Shown here in pieces: positions 63,823-64,000 of a stretch of 64,000 nucleotides of DNA (position 1 is the first letter of the stretch; the number at the start of each line of letters is the position of its first letter). Made by a program: the position numbers and the translations under genes. The stretch is from Deltaproteobacteria bacterium (lineage in GTDB: Bacteria; Myxococcota_A; UBA796; UBA2385), in NCBI GenBank assembly GCA_016792625.1, contig JAEUKK010000159.1, forward strand, positions 12,875-76,874, read 5' to 3'. The notes below the pieces were generated by a model that was not told the origin of the DNA, ran no database searches, and worked only from the letters and a program-made list of their open reading frames with translations.

Positions 63823-64000
63823 GCGGCGGTCCTGACCGCGGGGTCTGGGCGGCCCCGGCGCAGGCGCCGGGCCGGGTGCGGCCGGGGGTTCGCTGCGCTC
63901 CGTCGGCCTGCGGCCGACCCGCGCCCGCCGGCGCGGCCCCTCTGCCCCCTGCCGCGCGCGAAGCGGCTCCTCGCTCGGCAATTGTCGGTAAGTGAGCCGC

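Overview
Very GC-rich, gene-dense bacterial chromosome segment. A MYXO-CTERM-like tail, Cys/Asp-rich 'putative metal-binding' repeats and many lipoproteins suggest Myxococcota or a related deltaproteobacterial lineage (inference). Contents in order: ppiC-surA-pdxA followed by a 2400-aa TPR/alpha-2-macroglobulin-like gene; an orphan histidine kinase; bestrophin; a class III cyclase with guanylyl-cyclase-type residues; a coupled pair of histidine ammonia-lyase homologues; an alternative sigma-70 gene with a sigma-54 promoter, divergent from a Cys-PAS enhancer-binding protein; a Fur-box-preceded heme uptake operon with two HmuY genes; a QEGLA carboxypeptidase; a SMI1/KNR4-TPR-HEAT protein; a frameshifted cytochrome c facing an SCO/PCuAC copper cluster; a GT41 transferase; Uma2; an ABC-GntR module; a 2.8-kb segment bounded by short inverted motifs; and large LTD-CotH and FG-GAP surface proteins. 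No rRNA, tRNA, CRISPR array, transposase or integrase was recognised. The best candidates for something new are: (1) the ammonia-lyase pair, where one copy has an SSG cofactor triad and the other has AAG with complementary motif conservation, suggesting a heteromeric enzyme with a pseudo-subunit; (2) a putative Fe-S redox sensor -> sigma-54 -> sigma-70 cascade; (3) a dispersed ~120-bp hairpin repeat family; and (4) the 50.7-53.5 kb segment. All assignments were made by eye from motifs; no searches were run.
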